This document shows positions 14,737 to 23,807 of a DNA stretch of 32,000 nucleotides, one piece after another. Positions within the stretch are counted from its first letter, which is position 1. Every line of letters starts with the position of its first letter. The notes under the pieces are model-generated. The model searched no databases, was not told the DNA's origin, and was given only the letters and a program-made list of their open reading frames with translations. Position numbers and translations under genes: made by a program. This DNA is from Candidatus Nanopusillus sp. (lineage in GTDB: Archaea > Nanobdellota > Nanobdellia > Nanobdellales > Nanobdellaceae), in NCBI GenBank assembly GCA_028276785.1, contig JAPYVP010000005.1:6293-38292 (forward strand). The letters run 5' to 3'.

Positions 14737-15572
14737 AGTTTATATAAGTTATCAACATATTCTAATATAGCCCCTTTCATTTCTTCTTGTCCCAAATCAT
14801 TAAAAAATTTTTCAAATGGTTTTTTTACATTTTTATCTACTTTACTTGAATATGCATAGATTACCAGACCATTATTATATAAGAATCCTGTTAAATAATA
14901 TCCCTTTTCTTCATATTCTTCCATATTTGTTGTATATATTAATTTTGGATATTTTTCATTATTTTCCTTTCTTTTATATTCAAATGAATGAATTTTACAA
15001 TCCAAATTATTCAATATACATAATTTTTTAAAGAATTCTTCAGAATATTTTGGTATCTTTAATTCTAACACTTTATCATTTGATCTATGTCCAATAATTG
15101 TTGTATATGGATTATTTTCATTATCTCTATATATAAAAGATGAAGCAAAACCAGAAATTCTTATTCCATAATTTTCCCATATTCTAAATATCTTGCTTGA
15201 AGTTGGTAAATACACAACAAAATCTGTGGCTACAGGTGTGTTTTGTTGTAAGAAATAATAATAAAGTTTTTTTGCAATTCCCTTATTAGAATGATTACCA
15301 TCAACAACAGTATAAACATTATATAGTATTCCACCTTTATATGTCCAGTGAGATAATCCAGCTATATAATTGTTTATTATGTATAAAAGAATAGTATCTC
15401 CTTTATTTATCAAATCTTTTACATATTCTTCTTCATAAATCTTATATGAATTTTCTCCATTTTCTTCAAAATCAAAATAAAATCTATTTTCTTTAATATT
15501 TTTTCTAATAAATTCTGTAATATTTTTTATATCATTATAATCTGCTATTCTAATATATTCACCTGTATCCAT
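14733..15572 (-). CDS. GNAT-family acetyltransferase-like protein with a ~120-aa C-terminal extension
   Basis: VYTVVDGNHSNKGIAKKLYYYF resembles GNAT motif A (V....RgkGIg..L). Its stop overlaps the SDR start (ATGA on the minus strand). Confidence 0.45.
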   Translation of the reverse strand: MDTGEYIRIADYNDIKNITEFIRKNIKENRFYFDFEENGENSYKIYEEEYVKDLINKGDTILLYIINNYIAGLSHWTYKGGILYNVYTVVDGNHSNKGIAKKLYYYFLQQNTPVATDFVVYLPTSSKIFRIWENYGIRISGFASSFIYRDNENNPYTTIIGHRSNDKVLELKIPKYSEEFFKKLCILNNLDCKIHSFEYKRKENNEKYPKLIYTTNMEEYEEKGYYLTGFLYNNGLVIYAYSSKVDKNVKKPFEKFFNDLGQEEMKGAILEYVDNLYKL

Positions 15573-15615
15573 AACTATTATATAGTTAAGAGAAAGACTT
15601 ATAAGTATGACAAAG

Positions 15616-16938
15616 TTATATATATTTTAACATTTTTGCAGTTTTTTCATCCATATAATATGCTTCTATTCCCCTATCTCTTAATCTCTTAGCAAAATAT
15701 TTAGAGAGTATACCATTTTTACATATTAACAAGTATTTTTTACCTTTTTCAAAATTATACTTAGAAAATTCTTCAGACTTAACAATTATTAGATCTTTTT
15801 TATCCGGAATCTTCAAATTGAATTCCTCAATATTTATATTATTAATTTCTCCAATCCTTTCAATTTCTTTATCAAAATCCATATTTAATTTATTTAATTC
15901 AGAAATTACTATATCCATTTTTGGTTTTGTTGTTGGATGATCTTCAATTTTACATATTTCTGGTGCCCTTATATCATATACATCAATCTTCTTTGATAAC
16001 TCCAATATTTCATTTTTATTAAATCCAATTAATGGTCTTAATACTAAAATATCTACAAGACTATCCAATACTTTTAATGAATCAATTGTTTGTGAAGAAA
16101 CTTGTCCTAAAGATTCTCCAGTAACTATACAATCATAATTATTTTTCTTTGCAAATTTTTCTGCAATTTTATACATTATTGCTTTAAATAATATTTGTCT
16201 ATATCCTTCCCTTACATTAAACAAATATTCTATATCTAAGTTATATACATATAATTTTGAATTTGGAAAATATTCCTTTAATTTATTATATATATTATAT
16301 ACGTACTGCAAATAAACATCCCCAGCAATGTTAATAAATAAAAAATCTATTTTTAATCCTCTTTTTGAAATAATATATGCGGCTACTGATGAATCAGATC
16401 CTCCCGAAAATAATAAAATTCCTTTACCTTCAGATCCTTCTGGTAATCCACCAGGCCCCTCAATTATTTTATCATAAATAAATGTATAATCTTGATGAAT
16501 TTCTATATATAATATTTTTTCTGGGTTTTTTACATCAACTTTTAATTTATATTTATTTAATATTTCTTCTCCAACAATTTTGCTAACTTCTAAAGATTTA
16601 TAAGGAAAGCTTTTATCAACCCTCTTTGTAGATATCTTAAATTTATTAATATTTCCAATAAAATTGCTAAAAAATTCTAAAGAATATTTTTTTATATTTT
16701 TTATAGATGTCTCAAAATAAATAGCTGGGTATATATTTTTTATTCCTGGAATCTTTCTTAATATGTTTATCCACTCATCTTTATAACCCCATATTATTAT
16801 TCTACCTCTTCTATTTTCTATTTTATCAAAATTTATTCTATTTTTGATATCATTTATTAATATATCCATCATTTTTTTCTTTATTTTTTCAGATTTTGTC
16901 CATATTTCATCAATACCAATCAATATACAATTATACAT
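15616..16938 (-). CDS. thiI: tRNA 4-thiouridine synthase ThiI (THUMP + PP-loop + C-terminal rhodanese-like domain)
   Basis: PP-loop LFSGGSDSSVAAY, GESLGQVSSQT and the LRPLIGFNK block are present. The C-terminal YLLICKNGILSKYFAKRLRDRGIEAYYMD looks like a rhodanese active-site loop, with Cys406 at codon 15721-15723. Confidence 0.85.
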   Translation of the reverse strand: MYNCILIGIDEIWTKSEKIKKKMMDILINDIKNRINFDKIENRRGRIIIWGYKDEWINILRKIPGIKNIYPAIYFETSIKNIKKYSLEFFSNFIGNINKFKISTKRVDKSFPYKSLEVSKIVGEEILNKYKLKVDVKNPEKILYIEIHQDYTFIYDKIIEGPGGLPEGSEGKGILLFSGGSDSSVAAYIISKRGLKIDFLFINIAGDVYLQYVYNIYNKLKEYFPNSKLYVYNLDIEYLFNVREGYRQILFKAIMYKIAEKFAKKNNYDCIVTGESLGQVSSQTIDSLKVLDSLVDILVLRPLIGFNKNEILELSKKIDVYDIRAPEICKIEDHPTTKPKMDIVISELNKLNMDFDKEIERIGEINNINIEEFNLKIPDKKDLIIVKSEEFSKYNFEKGKKYLLICKNGILSKYFAKRLRDRGIEAYYMDEKTAKMLKYI

Positions 16939-16974
16939 AATATTTTTATTACGAAAAAATCATTATAATGTTAT

Positions 16975-17859
16975 ATGTTAATACTATATTCTAAATATTT
17001 ACTATACCATAATGATCCAAATCATATAGAAAATAATAGAAGATTATTAGTAATAAAAAAATTAATAAAAAATAATTATAAAAAAATAGGAAAAATAAGA
17101 AAAGATATATATAAATACATAAATTATGCACATAGCTGGAAATATATTAGAATGATAAAAAGAATCTGGAAAGATTCCTATAAAAATAATAAAATTATTT
17201 ATTTAGATTCTGATACATATATATCTCCTTTATCGTTTTATTCTATTCTTAAATCTGTTGAAGGTGTGCTAGAAAGTATAGAAATAAGTGAAAAATATAT
17301 TTTTATACCCACAAGACCACCAGGTCATCATGTTCCAAAAAATCCATTAAATAGTGATAAAACTCTTGGATTCTGTATATTTAATAATGTTGCAATTGCT
17401 GGTATGTATGCTAGGAAAATATACAAAAATGTATTAATTTTTGATATAGATTTGCATCATGGAAATGGAACTCAGGATATAATTGAAAATAAGAAGAATA
17501 TTTATTATATATCTACTCATGCAAAAAATATATATCCAAATACAGGTTTGGAATCTGGAAATAATTATTTTAATTTTCCATTAGATTTTAATATAGATGA
17601 TAATTATTATATTAGTTTATTAAATGTCAAAATATTTCCATTAATTGAAGAAATAAATCCAGAAATTGTATTAGTATCTTTGGGATTTGATATGCATAAA
17701 AATGACCCATTATCGGTATTTAATATCACATTGAAATCATATGAATATATCTTTAATTATTTAAAAAGGTTCAATAAGGTTGTATATATATTAGAAGGTG
17801 GGTATAATAGAGAAGTAATTTATAATGGTATAAATACATTATTAAAAGTATATGGATAA
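16975..17859 (+). CDS. Histone deacetylase/acetoin-utilisation (HDAC/AcuC/acetylpolyamine amidohydrolase) family deacetylase
   Basis: RPPGHHV, FDIDLHHGNGTQDI, SLGFDMHKNDPL and LEGGYN are the Zn-binding and catalytic motifs of the arginase-deacetylase fold. Confidence 0.85.
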   Translation: MLILYSKYLLYHNDPNHIENNRRLLVIKKLIKNNYKKIGKIRKDIYKYINYAHSWKYIRMIKRIWKDSYKNNKIIYLDSDTYISPLSFYSILKSVEGVLESIEISEKYIFIPTRPPGHHVPKNPLNSDKTLGFCIFNNVAIAGMYARKIYKNVLIFDIDLHHGNGTQDIIENKKNIYYISTHAKNIYPNTGLESGNNYFNFPLDFNIDDNYYISLLNVKIFPLIEEINPEIVLVSLGFDMHKNDPLSVFNITLKSYEYIFNYLKRFNKVVYILEGGYNREVIYNGINTLLKVYG

Positions 17860-18952
17860 GTTTTATCTAGGGTTTTCAATATCATCATTTCAAACCGAAG
17901 GAAATTATAATAATCAAGATTGGTATTATTTTATTAAACAAGGAAAATTACCAGAGATAGATAATGCTTGTAATTTATGGGAAAAATATTTGGATATAAT
18001 TCCAATATTAATTGATTTAAATGCAAATGCCTTTAGATTTTCAATAGATTGGGCTAGAATATATCCAAATAAAGATAAGATAGATTATCATAGTATGAAA
18101 AGATATGTAGAATTTACAGATAAATTGATAAAGAATAATATAGAACCGTTTATAACTTTATGGCATTATGTTAATCCTCTATGGTTTTATAATTTGGGGG
18201 GATGGGAAAATAAAGAAAATATAGAATACTTTGTTGATTATTCATACTTTATAATTGATAAATTTTCAAAATTAGGGGTTAAGTATTTTATATCATTCAA
18301 TGAACCTTGGATATATATATTATCCTCTTATGTTTTTGGTAAATGGCCCCCATTTAAAAAAGTAAATACAATTGAAGATTTGAAGAATGTAATAGTAATA
18401 TTAGATAATATATTTTATGCAAATAAAGAATTATATAAAATAACTAAAGAATTTAATGTTTATTTGATATATACAGAAAATTTATCGTTATTAAAACTAC
18501 CTTTTAACTTTTTATTAAAGGATATAATAAGTTCAAATATTCATTTGCTATTTCCAAAGGAAATAGATTTCTATGGAATAAACTATTATGGTGTATTTAA
18601 AAGCTTAAAAGATATAGATGAAAGAAAACCATCTTTTAGCGTATCTGTATTAGATAGTATTTTAAAGAATTTGGACAAACCAATATTTGTAACAGAAAAT
18701 GGAATAAATACTGAAGATGAATTCTTAAGGGTTAGAATTATTAAAAAATATCTGCATTATTTTGTAAAAAATAGAAAAAAATATAATATAAAAGGATATT
18801 TTATTTGGTCTTTAATGGATAATTATGAGTGGGATTTTGGATATAATGCAAAATTTGGGATATTAAATAGAAATTTATCAAAGAAAGATTCTTATTATGA
18901 GATAAAAGAAATATATAAAAGATTAAATCAGAAGCTTAATATATCCAAGTAA
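17852..18952 (+). CDS. Glycoside hydrolase family 1 (beta-glucosidase-like), compact 366-aa form
   Basis: FSISSFQTEG, FRFSIDWARIYP, TLWHYVNPLW, acid/base FNEPW, nucleophile VTENGI and WSLMDNYEWDFGY are present. 8-nt overlap with the deacetylase gene. Confidence 0.8.
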   Translation: MDKFYLGFSISSFQTEGNYNNQDWYYFIKQGKLPEIDNACNLWEKYLDIIPILIDLNANAFRFSIDWARIYPNKDKIDYHSMKRYVEFTDKLIKNNIEPFITLWHYVNPLWFYNLGGWENKENIEYFVDYSYFIIDKFSKLGVKYFISFNEPWIYILSSYVFGKWPPFKKVNTIEDLKNVIVILDNIFYANKELYKITKEFNVYLIYTENLSLLKLPFNFLLKDIISSNIHLLFPKEIDFYGINYYGVFKSLKDIDERKPSFSVSVLDSILKNLDKPIFVTENGINTEDEFLRVRIIKKYLHYFVKNRKKYNIKGYFIWSLMDNYEWDFGYNAKFGILNRNLSKKDSYYEIKEIYKRLNQKLNISK

Positions 18953-19432
18953 AGGTATTCTTAGTATTCCAATCCCAATAATTCTATTTGGATCCATATT
19001 ATTTTCACCTTCAAATATTATTGGTCCGGGATTATTATCACCCATAATGATAAAGTTACCATTATTATAACCAACTATCCTATGAAAGATATATTCACCT
19101 TTATATAATGAAGTTCCCTTATATAAAATCAAATCGCCCGGTTTTAAATATTGTGTATCAATAGGTAAAATTATTACTATATCTCCAACATATAACCCAT
19201 TTGGATATGGAAATTGAAAAAATTCTTGTTGTGTAATATTATATTGTTCATATTTTTGAAAATTAAAATTATGATGTTCCATACTTGGAGATACTATTAC
19301 AGAAAATAATGGGGGATAAACCAACTGAATAATAAAATATACAATAAATATAAATATTATAAATAGTACATCGCTCAAATAATCATCCCCGAAAAATATT
19401 CTTACTATAATTTTTTTTATTTTTTTAATCAT
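18923..19432 (-). CDS. Signal peptidase I, archaeal/eukaryal (S26B, Sec11-like) type
   Basis: An N-terminal TM anchor is followed by VSPSMEH (SxSMxP box), GDLILYK, HRIVGY and MGDNN boxes. Confidence 0.75.
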   Translation of the reverse strand: MIKKIKKIIVRIFFGDDYLSDVLFIIFIFIVYFIIQLVYPPLFSVIVSPSMEHHNFNFQKYEQYNITQQEFFQFPYPNGLYVGDIVIILPIDTQYLKPGDLILYKGTSLYKGEYIFHRIVGYNNGNFIIMGDNNPGPIIFEGENNMDPNRIIGIGILRIPLLGYIKLLI

Positions 19433-19739
19433 ATACTCTCCATGTATATCCGCATTTTACACATCTATAAAATTTTGTTTCACCTTCATCTCCAGCTCTT
19501 GTTTGAATAGACCAGAAATATGCTCCTTTATTTCCGCATTTTGGGCATAAGACTTCGTCATCAATTGGATATAATTTATAATCTTCCTCCATGATTTTAA
19601 TTTCTGAAGATTTATTTATATTTTCTTTGAGCAATAAAGAATTTTCATCTTTTATTTTTTCTTTATATCCACAATTTGGACATACTAAGTGGTTACTTTC
19701 TTTTTTCATTAAGCTCCCACATTTGGGACAAAATTTCAT
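19425..19739 (-). CDS. tfs: Transcription factor S (TFS; RpoM/TFIIS-like)
   Basis: N-terminal Zn ribbon CPKCGSLM...CPNCGY. C-terminal CPKCGNKGAYFWSIQTRAGDEGETKFYRCVKCGYTWR carries the acidic DE hairpin. Confidence 0.9.
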   Translation of the reverse strand: MKFCPKCGSLMKKESNHLVCPNCGYKEKIKDENSLLLKENINKSSEIKIMEEDYKLYPIDDEVLCPKCGNKGAYFWSIQTRAGDEGETKFYRCVKCGYTWRVYD

Positions 19740-19765
19740 AAAAATATTTTATATTGCAGAAATAT

Positions 19766-20551
19766 TTATAAATTTTCTACCTTTTTATTTATATCTAAAA
19801 ATATTTTAAGTAAGGTAATAAGGAATATAGCAATTGATATATTTATTTCAAATGAAAAATTATTTATAATATTCTCCAATTTATAATTGATAGTTTGGTT
19901 ATATTGATTTAAATATTCATTTATTGTTGAATTTAAGTTATTTAAGAATGTTTGATTTACATATGGTAAACTATTATATAATATATACGCCCCATTTGTA
20001 TCACCCACACTCTCTAAAATACTTATTGCTGTTTCATAACCACCAATATATGTATTCAACAATTGATATCCATATATTTGGTATATATCATATATGTATG
20101 AAGAATAAAGAGTTTCTAACTTACTATGAATAAATCGATTTACTATATTAATAAATATTGAATTATTTAGAACAACTAACAAAATCGATAAAAAATAAGC
20201 TATCATCGCAAAAAAAGAGTATTCTATTTTTATTATTTTAAATATAAAGAACATCGAGATCGTTAAATATATATTTATAAAATTATTGAATAATAAAAGA
20301 CCAATAACATAATATATAATTCCAATAATTAAATAGAAGATTTTATTTTCTATTTCTCTTGAAAAATACGTTCCTAAATAAAATGTTATTAAAAATGATA
20401 ATAAACTAATTGATAATATAAATAAAAGACTATGGTTTGCTGTTGAGAATAATAAATTATTTACCAAATCTAAAGAATATATATAAAAAAAGTATAAAGC
20501 TATAGAAGATTCTATATACAAAATTAATGATAATATATAATTTTTAATCAT
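19766..20551 (-). CDS. Polytopic membrane protein with a C-terminal N/Y-rich extracytoplasmic region; unknown function
   Basis: About five hydrophobic helices in the N-terminal 130 aa, then a soluble Y/N/Q-rich segment with sequons and a terminal helix. Confidence 0.6.
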   Translation of the reverse strand: MIKNYILSLILYIESSIALYFFYIYSLDLVNNLLFSTANHSLLFILSISLLSFLITFYLGTYFSREIENKIFYLIIGIIYYVIGLLLFNNFINIYLTISMFFIFKIIKIEYSFFAMIAYFLSILLVVLNNSIFINIVNRFIHSKLETLYSSYIYDIYQIYGYQLLNTYIGGYETAISILESVGDTNGAYILYNSLPYVNQTFLNNLNSTINEYLNQYNQTINYKLENIINNFSFEINISIAIFLITLLKIFLDINKKVENL

Positions 20552-20572
20552 AAAATAGTTTTTTTAGTAAAA

Positions 20573-20580
20573 TTTTTAAA
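20573..20580. promoter_or_regulatory. Single central TATA-like element TTTTTAAA in a 52-bp divergent spacer
   Basis: Centre is ~26 nt from the minus-strand ATG (20551) and ~27 nt from the plus-strand ATG (20604). Confidence 0.35.
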
Positions 20581-20603
20581 GATGTTTTAATAAGTTATGT
20601 AGA

Positions 20604-21404
20604 ATGGATTTATATCCAATAATTTTGGGAATAATTCAAGGTATAAGTGAATGGTTGCCAATAAGTAGTAAAACAGAAATTTTAATAGCTTCACATTATT
20701 TACTTAATATTAGCCCATCAATTGGATATACATTTGGATTGTTTATGGAAATTGGAACTGTATTATCTGCTTTATTATACTTTAAGAAAGATATATATCA
20801 AATATTAAAAGATAAGAAGATGTTATATTATATAATTATTGCAATAATTTTTACAGGATTGGTTGGTGCTCCTTTATATATAATTTCTAATAGATTATTA
20901 GAAAATGTATATAATCCATCTATACCAATGATAATTTTGGGATTAATACTTATTTTAGATGGTATCTATATATATTATACAAGGAATAAGATAAAAATAA
21001 AAGATAAGAAAGATCTTAATTTAAGAGATATAATTATTATTGGAACTGCACAAGGGTTGTCAGCTTTGCCTGGTGTTAGCAGATCTGGAATTACAGTATC
21101 TACTATGTTATTAATGGAATATGATCCAAAATTTGCTTTTTCACTTTCATATATTTTATATATACCAGCAGCTATTGGAGCATTTTTTTTAACTATATTA
21201 GCTTCTAAATCTAACATTATTTATATAGAGTCTACTATTGGATATTATGGAATTCTAACTGCAATGGTTGTTTCGTTTATAGTTGGCTATTTAACTATTG
21301 ATATCTTAATGAGATTAGCAAAGAGTAAAAAGGTATACTATATTAATTTTATACTTGGTAGTATAGCAATAATAGTTAATTTGGCAGGTTTAATATATGG
21401 TTAA
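20604..21404 (+). CDS. uppP: Undecaprenyl/polyprenyl-diphosphate phosphatase (UppP/BacA family)
   Basis: QGISEWLPISSKTE (motif 1) and GTAQGLSALPGVSRSGITVSTMLL (PGxSRSG motif). About 8 TM helices. Confidence 0.85.
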   Translation: MDLYPIILGIIQGISEWLPISSKTEILIASHYLLNISPSIGYTFGLFMEIGTVLSALLYFKKDIYQILKDKKMLYYIIIAIIFTGLVGAPLYIISNRLLENVYNPSIPMIILGLILILDGIYIYYTRNKIKIKDKKDLNLRDIIIIGTAQGLSALPGVSRSGITVSTMLLMEYDPKFAFSLSYILYIPAAIGAFFLTILASKSNIIYIESTIGYYGILTAMVVSFIVGYLTIDILMRLAKSKKVYYINFILGSIAIIVNLAGLIYG

Positions 21405-21443
21405 TAAATAATTTTATATATTTAAAATTAAAACATAATATAC

Positions 21444-22865
21444 ATGGATTGGAAAAAGCTTTTACTAGGTATGTTAACTATACCAATTATTTTAGAGATT
21501 TATGCACAACAGCCAATAGTTGGATATCCAACAGTAATAAGTAATCAAATTAATATATCTAATCCAAATAGCTATGCAGTATACGAAATAGATATATACA
21601 ATCCCACAAATTATACATATTATTATTATGTTTCTCCATTATCTTCCCAATGGTTATTTATAGTAGGAGAAAATAACACTATGGTTTCTGGATATTTATA
21701 TTCTAATCAATTGAAGAACATAAAAATATATATGAGACCTTTAGGTTTCGTTAATCAAATACCCGAAATCGTTTTATATTTGTATAATATAAATGTTACC
21801 TCTGAGCGTTATTCTTATGTAATACAATTTACTCCAATACTATATTATAATCAACCAACCACAACAAATTTAACCACTACTTTACCTTTACCATTATCGA
21901 TAAGCTTTGAATTATCTAGTTCAACAGTAACACAAAATAGCTTTATATATTTAATAGGAATAATAAATAACCCAAATAATTATAGTCAAAATTTAATAAT
22001 TAACATAACCTCAGATATTGATTTTTCAGCATTTTATAATGAAACATTGAATCCGGGAGTAAATATATATCAAATTCCAATATTTATATCGAGTAATGTT
22101 TCTATAGGAGATCATCAATTGATAATATATGCAAATAACAATATATATTATCTAAATTTTACAGTTTTTCAGCTAAATACAACTCCAATAGTAGAAATAA
22201 CTAAAGAAGGATTAAAATATATAATAAATATAACAAATCCACATAATTATCCAATTAATTATACGTACTATTTGCAAAATTACTATGGAATATTTTCTAC
22301 ATTCTATCCAAATCAATATTATATTAATAATATAAATGGATCAGAATATGCTGTATATGATATATTCTTATTACCAGGGCAGTCTTATATAATATATGAA
22401 GATTTCAATTACTTACTGTTAGCTGAGATAATAATTGCAGTATTAATAATATTATTCATAATATTCTATGTATTATTTAGGGATAATGTGGTAATATCAA
22501 AAGAGATATTGAAAATAGATTTAGATAAAGAAACAATAGATATAACAATAAATATAAAAAATAAAAGCATATTTCCATTAAATCAAATTAAATTAATAGA
22601 TAGAGTAAATGGACTAATAAAAATAAAAGAATATAAGATTGTAGAACCATCTTCTATTTATAAAGTAGATAATAACTATAACTTAAACTGGAAATTTGAT
22701 AATATAAGAAGAAATGAAGAAATAGTTGTTTCTTATACGTTGGAAGTAAAAGATCTAAAAGAATATAAAAATATAGAGTTACCAAGAGCAGAATTAAGAT
22801 ATAGGTATTTAATTTGGGATAGAGTTAAATATTCTAATGGCCTAATTATAAGGATTACAAAATAA
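21444..22865 (+). CDS. Signal-peptide-bearing, sequon-rich surface protein with one TM helix and a ~125-aa C-terminal beta domain
   Basis: Signal MDWKKLLLGMLTIPIILEIYAQQ, ~300 aa N/Y/I/T-rich ectodomain, TM LLLAEIIIAVLIILFIIFYVLF, then a K/E-rich beta-type domain. Confidence 0.7.
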   Translation: MDWKKLLLGMLTIPIILEIYAQQPIVGYPTVISNQINISNPNSYAVYEIDIYNPTNYTYYYYVSPLSSQWLFIVGENNTMVSGYLYSNQLKNIKIYMRPLGFVNQIPEIVLYLYNINVTSERYSYVIQFTPILYYNQPTTTNLTTTLPLPLSISFELSSSTVTQNSFIYLIGIINNPNNYSQNLIINITSDIDFSAFYNETLNPGVNIYQIPIFISSNVSIGDHQLIIYANNNIYYLNFTVFQLNTTPIVEITKEGLKYIINITNPHNYPINYTYYLQNYYGIFSTFYPNQYYINNINGSEYAVYDIFLLPGQSYIIYEDFNYLLLAEIIIAVLIILFIIFYVLFRDNVVISKEILKIDLDKETIDITINIKNKSIFPLNQIKLIDRVNGLIKIKEYKIVEPSSIYKVDNNYNLNWKFDNIRRNEEIVVSYTLEVKDLKEYKNIELPRAELRYRYLIWDRVKYSNGLIIRITK

Positions 22866-22877
22866 TTTTTACTTTTT
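22866..22877 (+). terminator. Two T5 tracts after the surface-protein stop
   Basis: TTTTTACTTTTT directly follows the stop codon. Confidence 0.3.
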
Positions 22878-22922
22878 GGTTAATCTTTAACCTTTTATTT
22901 TCAGGTATATATTATCTATATT

Positions 22923-23783
22923 ATGGATGATCTAAGGACCGGTTATCAAATTACATGGTGTCCTGGATGCACAAACTTTGGTATATATACAGCAATAATT
23001 TCTACTCTAAGAGAATTGGAATCTGAAGGAAAAATTGATAGAAAGAAAGTTGTATTTACATCTGGAATTGGGTGTGCAGGAAAGATACATAATTATTTAA
23101 ATTTAAGTTCTTTTAGTGGATTACATGGAAGAGCATTACCATTGGGGGTTGGAATAAAAATGGGAAATCCAGAATTAACCGTTTTAGTATTTCAAGGAGA
23201 TGGAGATACATATAATGAAGGAATTGATCATTTTATTTCTTCATGTAAAGAAAATGCAGATGTAAAGTTATTTGTTCATAATAATCAAGTATTTGCATTA
23301 ACAACCGCCCAACATACATTTACAACTGAAGAAGGATATTATTCAAAATCGCTTGGTATGAAAGTATTTGCAAAACCATTGAACCCCATTGCATTAGCAT
23401 TAATATCTGGTGCCACATTTGTTGCTAGAGGATATGCATTATGGATAGATCATTTAAAATATATAATGAAAGAAGCAATATTACACAAAGGATTTGCATT
23501 CGTGGATATAATTCAACCATGTACTGTTCAGCATGATACAAGAAAATATTATGAAACACACATGTATAAATTAGAAGATGTAGGACACAATCCAACAAAT
23601 TTTGATGAGGCATTAAAAAAAGCTTTGGAATATGATTATACATTAAAGGAAGATGCAAAAATTCCCATTGGCATATTTTATAAGGAATCAAGAATTACTT
23701 TACATGAGGGATTGAAAGTACAGCCATTTTATAAAATAACTAAAGAATTAAATTTAGATATTTTAAGTCAGATAACCGTATAA
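22923..23783 (+). CDS. 2-oxoacid:ferredoxin oxidoreductase, beta (TPP-binding) subunit
   Basis: TWCPGCTNFGI, GIGCAGK and the TPP motif GDGDTYNEGIDH are present. Typical size of 286 aa. Confidence 0.85.
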   Translation: MDDLRTGYQITWCPGCTNFGIYTAIISTLRELESEGKIDRKKVVFTSGIGCAGKIHNYLNLSSFSGLHGRALPLGVGIKMGNPELTVLVFQGDGDTYNEGIDHFISSCKENADVKLFVHNNQVFALTTAQHTFTTEEGYYSKSLGMKVFAKPLNPIALALISGATFVARGYALWIDHLKYIMKEAILHKGFAFVDIIQPCTVQHDTRKYYETHMYKLEDVGHNPTNFDEALKKALEYDYTLKEDAKIPIGIFYKESRITLHEGLKVQPFYKITKELNLDILSQITV

Positions 23784-23807
23784 AAATTTTTTACAATATA
23801 TATTTTT

